Shown: positions 56,617 through 64,000 of the stretch, one piece after another
How the letters are laid out: every line of letters begins with the position of its first letter
Numbering within the stretch: the stretch's first letter is position 1
Source of the DNA: an uncultured Pseudomonadota bacterium
GTDB taxonomy: Bacteria > Pseudomonadota > Alphaproteobacteria > JACZXZ01
Direction: 5' to 3'
Length of the DNA: 64,000 bases
Assembly (NCBI GenBank): GCA_963749075.1
Contig: CAVVLJ010000016.1
Coordinates: 832,001 to 896,000 of the forward strand
Program-made: the position numbers and the translations under genes
The notes under the pieces: generated by a model
The model's database searches: none
What the model was told of the DNA's origin: nothing
What the model saw: only the letters and a program-made list of their open reading frames with translations

Positions 56617-58365
56617 ATGGCCGAGCTGACGCCGGCCATGGCCTCGGCGCCCGCGCCCGTGCTTGTGCGGGCCAATCTCTTCGCGCGTCTCAAGCGGCTC
56701 GACCCGGCACTCGCGGTCTGGCTCGTCCTCATCGCACTCCTGCTGTTCCTCGTGGTGGGGCCGATCCTCTCGCTCATCGAGCAAGGCTTCCAGACCGAGG
56801 GCGGCAAGGGCCTGACGCTCGGCAATTACGCGGCCGCGTTCGGCGACCGGCTCGATCTCGTGGCACTCGTCAACTCGCTCATCCTCGGCAGCGGCGTCGC
56901 GGTCCTCGCAGCACTCCTCGGCGTGCCGCTCGCCTGGGCCGTCTCGCGCACCGACATGCCGGGCAAGGATCTCGTGCGCCTCATCGTGCTCGGCGCCTTC
57001 GTGACGCCGCCCTATCTCGGCGCCATCGGCTGGATACTGCTCGCCGGACCCAACGCCGGCTGGATCAACCGCGTCTGGATGGCGCTTACGGGCGACGCCA
57101 GCGGCATCGTCAATATCTTCAGCTTTCCCGGCCTCATCGTCGCGATCGCCGTCTATTCCTATCCCTATACCTTCATCTTCACCTCGGCAGCGCTCGACGC
57201 GGTGTCGTCGGAGATGGAGGATGCCGCCAACATCCTCGGCTCGGGCGGCCTGCGCACGACCTTCAAGATCACGCTTCCGCTCGTGTGGCCGGCGATCCTC
57301 GGCGGGCTCATCATCAGCTTCCTCGAGGCGATAGCACTCTTCGGCACGCCCGCCATCATCGGGCTGCCCGCCCACATCAACGTGGTGACGACGCAGCTTT
57401 GGCAGTTCTTCGAGTACCCGGTGCGCACCGAGGTCGCGGCGGCCTATGCCATGCCGCTCCTCGGCATCACCGCCGTGCTCTTCTGGGTGCAGCGCAAGAG
57501 CTTCGGCCGCAAGGGCTACGTCACCATCACGGGCAAGGGCGGCGAGCGCCGCCTCTTACGCCTCGGCCGCTGGCGCTGGCTCGTGGTGGGCTATACGCTC
57601 TTCGTCGCCGCGATCTCCGTGCTGCTGCCCTTCGTGGTGCTGGCCCAGGCCGCCTTCAGCCGCGCCTGGGGCCGCGGCTTCTCGCTCGCCAACCTGACGC
57701 TTTCGAACTTCCACTATGTGCTGGTCGAGCACACCACCGCCGGCCGCTCGATCGTGCACAGCTTCGTCTACGGCGCCATCACCGCCAGCCTGGCACTCGT
57801 GCTGGCGCTCGCCATCGCCTATGTGGTGAACCGGCGGCTCTTGCCGTGGGCGAACGTGCTCGCCTTCCTCTGCGTGGCCCCCTTCGTCATCCCCGGCATC
57901 GTGCTGGCGCTCGGCTATTATGCCGCCTACGCCCCGCCGCCGGTGCGGCTCTACGGCACCGCCGCACTCGTCATCCTCGCCTTCACCACGCGCTTCCTCC
58001 CCATCGCCTACACCAACAGCGACGCCGGCGTGCGCAGCATCAATCCGGAGATGGAGGATGCCGTGCGCATCCTCGGCGGCGGACGGCTCAAGGCGCTCAG
58101 CAAGGTGGTGGCGCCGCTCCTGCGCCGCTCCCTCATCGGCGGCTGGATACTGGTCTTCATCCCGGCCACGCGCGAGCTCAGCGCCGCGATCTTCCTCTCC
58201 GGCCCCGACACCCAGGTCATGTCGGTCGTGCTCTACGAGCTGAGCGGGGAGGGCAATTTCGAGTACGTTGCAGCACTCGGCGGCGTGCTCCTGGCCGCCA
58301 CCATCGTCATCGTCGCCGTGAGCTTCAAGCTCGTCGGGCGCGACTTCATGTTGCGCAGGAGCTGA
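56617..58365 (+). CDS. ABC permease, two-domain FbpB/AfuB type
   Basis: Two EAA motifs (EMEDAANILG, EMEDAVRILG). Confidence 0.9.
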   Translation: MAELTPAMASAPAPVLVRANLFARLKRLDPALAVWLVLIALLLFLVVGPILSLIEQGFQTEGGKGLTLGNYAAAFGDRLDLVALVNSLILGSGVAVLAALLGVPLAWAVSRTDMPGKDLVRLIVLGAFVTPPYLGAIGWILLAGPNAGWINRVWMALTGDASGIVNIFSFPGLIVAIAVYSYPYTFIFTSAALDAVSSEMEDAANILGSGGLRTTFKITLPLVWPAILGGLIISFLEAIALFGTPAIIGLPAHINVVTTQLWQFFEYPVRTEVAAAYAMPLLGITAVLFWVQRKSFGRKGYVTITGKGGERRLLRLGRWRWLVVGYTLFVAAISVLLPFVVLAQAAFSRAWGRGFSLANLTLSNFHYVLVEHTTAGRSIVHSFVYGAITASLALVLALAIAYVVNRRLLPWANVLAFLCVAPFVIPGIVLALGYYAAYAPPPVRLYGTAALVILAFTTRFLPIAYTNSDAGVRSINPEMEDAVRILGGGRLKALSKVVAPLLRRSLIGGWILVFIPATRELSAAIFLSGPDTQVMSVVLYELSGEGNFEYVAALGGVLLAATIVIVAVSFKLVGRDFMLRRS

Positions 58366-58370
58366 GAGGC

Positions 58371-59443
<1,073 letters not shown>

Positions 59444-59447
<4 letters not shown>

Positions 59448-60616
59448 GCAAGCTGCCGCTCTCCCGCTTCAAGGTCATCGATCTCACGCGCGTGCGCGCG
59501 GGCCCGACCGCGGTGCGCCAGCTCGCCGACTGGGGGGCCGAGGTCGTCAAGATCGAGGCGCCGGAGGGCGACGGCGGCCTCGGCGGCGAGCGTCTGGGCC
59601 CGGATTTCCAGAACATCCACCGCAACAAGCGCAGCATCACCCTCAACCTCAAGGCTCCCGAGGGCGTCGCCATTCTGAAGCGGCTCGCCGTCGAGGCCGA
59701 CGTGCTGGTGGAGAATTACCGGCCCGACGTAAAGTTCCGCCTCGGCATCGACTACGAGAGCTTGAAGGGCCTCAACCCGCGCCTCGTCTATGCCAGCATC
59801 TCCGGCTTCGGCCAGGACGGGCCCTACCGCGACCGGCCCGGCTTCGACCAGGTGGCGCAAGGCATGGGCGGCCTCATGTCGATCACCGGCCTGCCGGGCC
59901 AGGGTCCGGTGCGCGTCGGCATTCCGGTCGCCGACCTCACCGCCGGCATCTTCTGCGCCATGGGCGTGCTCGTAGCGCTCCTCGAGCGCGAGGAGTCGGG
60001 CGAGGGGCAATGGGTGCAGTCCTCGCTTCTGGGCGCCCAGATCGCCATGCTCGATTTCCAGGCGGCACGCTGGCTCATCGCCAAGGAGGTGCCGGGCCAG
60101 GCCGGCAACAACCATCCGACCAGCATCCCGACGGGTGTCTTCCGCACCAATGACGGCTACGTCAACATCGCGGCGGCAGGCGAGGACATCTACCGCCGCT
60201 TCTGCGCGGCGATCGGCGCCGGGCATCTCGCGGGCAATCCGGATTACGCGACCGCCAAGGCGCGCTCCAAGAACCGCGACCGGCTCAATGCCGAGATCGA
60301 GGCGATCACCAAGGAGCGCGGCTCGGCCGAGCTCGTGGCGGCGCTGAACGAGGCCGGCGTGCCGAGCGGCCCGATCTACCGCATCGACGAGGTGTTCGCC
60401 GATCCGCAGGTGCGCCACCTGGGCATCGCGCAAGCCGTCGAGCATCCCAAGCTCGGCCGCATCGAGCTCGTGGGCCAGGCGGTGAGCTTGAGCCGTACGC
60501 CGTCGAGCTTGCGCACGGCAACGCCCGAGCGCGGCGAGCATACCGATGGGGTGCTCGGCGAGCTCGGCTACGACGCCGCGGCGATCGCAGACTTGCGCCA
60601 GCGCGGCGTGATTTGA
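59444..60616 (+). CDS. CaiB/BaiF family III CoA-transferase
   Basis: LADWGAEVVKIE, RNKRSITLNLK, ENYRP, GFDQVAQ. Confidence 0.92.
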
Positions 60617-60630
60617 GGGGAGCAGGCCGC

Positions 60631-61425
60631 ATGATTTCGCCGAGCGAACGCATGATCGTCGAGACGGACGGCGCCATCGGCTGGATCACCTTCAACAATC
60701 CGGCGCGGCACAACGCGGTCTCGCAGGACATGTGGGAGGCGATCCCGCCCATCATCGCGCATTTCGAGCAGGACCCGGCGGTGCGCGTCATCGTGGTCAA
60801 GGGTGCGGGCGACAAGGCCTTCGTCTCGGGCGCCGACATCTCCCAGTTCGAGAAGCTGCGCTCCTCGCCCGAGGCGGTCAGGCAATACGACGCCGTCGGC
60901 GACGCGGCGCAGCGCCGCCTCCAGGGGGCGGCGAAGCCGACCATCGCCATGATCCGCGGCTACTGCATCGGCGGCGGCGTCGGCGTGGCCATCTCGTGCG
61001 ACCTGCGCATCGCAGCCGACAGCGCGCGCTTCGGCGTGCCGGCGGCGCGCCTCGGCCTCGGCTACCGCTGGGCCGGCGTCAAGAAGCTCGTCGATCTCGT
61101 GGGACCTGCCTACGCCAAGGAGATCTTCTTCACCGCCCGCCAGTTCAGCGCCGCCGAGGCGCTCGCCATGGGCCTCATCAACCGCACCCTCCCCGAGGCC
61201 GAGCTCGAGGCCTACGTGCGCTCCTACTGCGCCATGATCGCCGAGAACGCGCCGCTCACGCTCCAGGCGGTCAAGGGCACCGTCCACGAGCTCGGCAAGG
61301 CGGCCTTGAGCTTCGATGCCAAGCATTGCGATGAGCTTGTGGCGCGCTGCTTCGCGAGCGAGGACTACATCGAAGGCCGCCGCGCCTTCATGGAGAAGCG
61401 CAAGCCGGCGTTCCAGGGACGGTAG
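60631..61425 (+). CDS. Enoyl-CoA hydratase/isomerase
   Basis: FVSGADI, IRGYCIGGG, AFMEKRKPAF. Confidence 0.92.
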   Translation: MISPSERMIVETDGAIGWITFNNPARHNAVSQDMWEAIPPIIAHFEQDPAVRVIVVKGAGDKAFVSGADISQFEKLRSSPEAVRQYDAVGDAAQRRLQGAAKPTIAMIRGYCIGGGVGVAISCDLRIAADSARFGVPAARLGLGYRWAGVKKLVDLVGPAYAKEIFFTARQFSAAEALAMGLINRTLPEAELEAYVRSYCAMIAENAPLTLQAVKGTVHELGKAALSFDAKHCDELVARCFASEDYIEGRRAFMEKRKPAFQGR

Positions 61426-61446
61426 CGGCGTCTGCGGCGCGCCCGC

Positions 61447-62567
61447 TCACTTGCTCGCGGCCTCCGCCAGGCTGCTCCCTGCCGCCGCGGCGTTGCCGCC
61501 GAGCGCGCTCGCGGTCTTCATTTCGAGTTTGGTGATCAGCCCGTCGGCACTGAGGGCCACTTCGACGGCGGCGTCCTGGGCGAAGCCGCTATGGACGCGG
61601 ACGAGAAAGCGGTTGCCGAGCTGCGGCACGGTCGCCTCGCGCGAGGGGAGAATGCTCAAGAGAGCCAGCGTATGCAGCCCGGCGGACAGCACGGCCGCAT
61701 TGCACGCGGCGTCGCAGACCCGCGCGCTCATCATCGTCCGTACGGCGCTGCGCAGCACCAGGCCCTTCACCAGGGGCGGCGTCCGCGACGCGCATGCGGC
61801 GGCACCCGAGGGGCAGGTCCCGGCGGCGAACGTGATCTCCGAGGACTCGCGCGCAGGTCCTGCGGCAGCCGGAGCTCGACGATGGCGTTGGGAACGACCC
61901 AGCGCGGGTTCCCCAGCTTGAAGTTGCGGGCGAGGCCGGCGAGCGAGGCGTCGACCGTATAGCTCAGCGACGCGGGCACCTGCGGCGTCCAGAGGTCCTC
62001 CTCCTCGACGACGAGGCGGGGATCGTCGGGATGCTCCTTGAGGGCCGCATTCAGCTCCTGGCAATTCGACGAGGCCGGGGGAGCCGGGCCCGCGGTCGCC
62101 ATGGCGGCCAATGGAGATGTGAAAAGCGGCACCAGCGAGCCGGTAGCTCCCGCGGCGATCGGCGCCACCTGATCCTTGATCGAGGCGGATAGCGACTTGA
62201 GCGTGCCGTTGTCGTAGGCCTCGACGCTGTAATCGAGGTTCTTCGAGCGCGAGCCGCTCTCGAAATAGATGTAATATTGCTGCGACGGATCGACGCCGAC
62301 CCGCTCGTCGATGGCGAGCTTGGTCGTCCCGGAAATCTCCTCCCCACTGAGCGTCTGGACGCAGCCCGTGACCGCGGTCGTGGTGGCGAGGACGAAGGTC
62401 TTCTCTGCCAGGGAATAGGGAATCGCCGTCGAGGGATATTCCGGCGACGCCGCGGTGATCTGGCCGGTCTCGAGGTCGGAGGGATCGCCGCGGTCCCAGG
62501 CGGCATAGGCCCCGATGAGCACGGCTACGATCAGAACGCCCAAGAGCAGCTTGACGATGATCCGCAT
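61447..62567 (-). pseudogene. Membrane-anchored/secreted hypothetical protein split by a frameshift near 61850
   Basis: N-part (MRIIVKLLLGVLIV..DNGTLKSLSASIKD) in ORF 61767-62567; C-part (SSEITF..ADGLITKLEM) in ORF 61447-62625. Confidence 0.6.
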
Positions 62568-62679
62568 CTCCGCCTCCCGCGTCAGCCGGCCCGCTCATCA
62601 TCGGGCAAATTCCGCGCGTGTGCAAAGGCAGCTTGAATATGCAACCGCCGCGAAGACGCCCGGCCCGCGCCGCCGACCG

Positions 62680-63477
62680 TCAGCCCTCTTTCCCCACGAG
62701 GTAGGCCGCCGCCTTCTCGCGCAGCTCCGGCGGAATGGGCGTCGAGCGGCGCGTCGAGAGGTCGAAGTGGGCGCCCGCCTGGCTGGCGGAAGCCACGAGG
62801 CGGCCGCTCGAGGCGTCGTAGAGGCGATGCAGCATCTCGAGGGAGGAGCTGCCGAGGCGGCTCAGCGCGCTCTCGAGCCGCAGGCGCGCGCCCGCGCGCG
62901 GCCGCGGCCCGTGGAGCTCGAGGCGGATCTCGAAGGTGGCGAAGCCGCGGCCGGCCGTGCGCAGGTAGTCCGGCGTGATACCGATGGCGCCGAGGAGCTG
63001 CATCGAGCCGGCGGAGGTGCGATGGATGTGCCCGGCGAGTGCCAATCCTCCGCCGGTGTCGACCTCGGCGGGCTGCACCACGTCGCGCGCGCTCGCCATG
63101 AAGCCTTTGCCGCTCTCGGGAGGCGCTCTCTCTTCCGGCGTGGTGACGAGAGCTTCCTCGACCGTCGTGGCCGTCTCGCCGCTGATCGAGTTCACCACCC
63201 GGTGGCCGAGCCTCAGGCGCCCGGCGCTCGCCTCGACGAGGCTGCTCTCGATGTGGAGGCCGTCGCCGGCGCGGAGCTCGCGCTCGAAGCGGGCGAGATA
63301 GTGTGCCGCGTGCCAGCGCTCGGCGGGCGGGAGCCGCCCGCGCTCGCGCAAAATCGCGAGTGCCGCCGCCGACGCCTCGCCGAAGCGGGCGAAGTAATAG
63401 GCGACGGTGAAATGCCCGAAGCCGTCGCACTCCCAGGCGCGCACCGAGCCGCGGTGGGTCTCGAAGGGCTCGCTCAT
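62680..63477 (-). CDS. Thioesterase family, double hot-dog fold
   Basis: WECDGFGHFTVAYY and a second repeat EVDTGGGL. Confidence 0.78.
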   Translation of the reverse strand: MSEPFETHRGSVRAWECDGFGHFTVAYYFARFGEASAAALAILRERGRLPPAERWHAAHYLARFERELRAGDGLHIESSLVEASAGRLRLGHRVVNSISGETATTVEEALVTTPEERAPPESGKGFMASARDVVQPAEVDTGGGLALAGHIHRTSAGSMQLLGAIGITPDYLRTAGRGFATFEIRLELHGPRPRAGARLRLESALSRLGSSSLEMLHRLYDASSGRLVASASQAGAHFDLSTRRSTPIPPELREKAAAYLVGKEG

Positions 63478-64000
63478 CCGAGGCGCCTCCTCACGCCGAG
63501 CTCGCGGTCGATGCGCCGCTCGAGATGCTGGCTCAGGAGCGAGAGCGGCCAGCAGAGGAGGAAATAGAGGCCGGCGACCACGGGATAGACGATCATGGGC
63601 TGGAAGGTCACGTTGGTGATGAGCTGGCCCGCGCGCGTGAGCTCGACGAAGCCGATGATCGCCGCGATCGAGGTGCCCTTGACGAGCTGGACGAGGAAGC
63701 CGACGGTCGGCGGGATCGAGATGCGCATGGCCTGCGGCAGGATGACGTAGCGCAGCGACTGCGCGAAGTTGAGCGCGAGACTCCGCGCCCCCTCCCACTG
63801 CTGGCGCGGGATCGCCTGGATCGAGCCGCGCCAGATTTCGCCGAGGAAGGCGCCCGAATAGAGCGTGAAGGCGAGCGACACGGCGGGCCAGGCGCCGAGC
63901 TCGATGTGGAAGAGCACCGCAAGCCCGTAATAGGCGACGAAGAGCTGCATAAGGACGGGCGTGCCCTGGAAGAGCTGGATGTAGCCGGTGGCGAGCCAGC
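63474..64000 (-). CDS. Polar amino acid ABC permease (partial, starts beyond the window)
   Basis: FQGTPVLMQLF, EIWRGSIQAI..QWEGARSL, LVKGTS. Confidence 0.9.
   Translation of the reverse strand, partial: WLATGYIQLFQGTPVLMQLFVAYYGLAVLFHIELGAWPAVSLAFTLYSGAFLGEIWRGSIQAIPRQQWEGARSLALNFAQSLRYVILPQAMRISIPPTVGFLVQLVKGTSIAAIIGFVELTRAGQLITNVTFQPMIVYPVVAGLYFLLCWPLSLLSQHLERRIDRELGVRRRLG

Overview
A 64-kb chromosomal segment from a high-GC bacterium. DUF1491, the cycKLH/ccm genes and the repeat family point to Alphaproteobacteria, plausibly a Rhodospirillales-like lineage (inference). About 55 genes are present, mostly catabolic or transport: two complete ABC importers plus one partial, a methylated-onium/betaine cluster (two GcvT-family dehydrogenases, GFA, a DddP-like M24 enzyme, a StcD-like flavoenzyme), TetR-emrAB-adc, acyl-CoA enzymes and ccmFGHI. 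No rRNA, tRNA or CRISPR array was found. The most notable accessory features are: a three-gene metallophosphoesterase / cholesterol-oxidase-like GMC / Cys-nucleophile alpha-beta hydrolase operon; a thiol-dioxygenase fused to four rhodanese domains; a receptor-like TIR-TM protein; and a ~2.7-kb islet (IS630 scar, Lcp/MpaB-like oxygenase, TetR with two tetO-like operators) bracketed by a 56-bp imperfect duplication of host gene sequence. Also present are two intact VapC-type toxin-antitoxin pairs, a deleted ParE-type pair, covarying REP-like hairpins and two frameshifted genes. All family calls come from motif recognition by eye; no database search was run.
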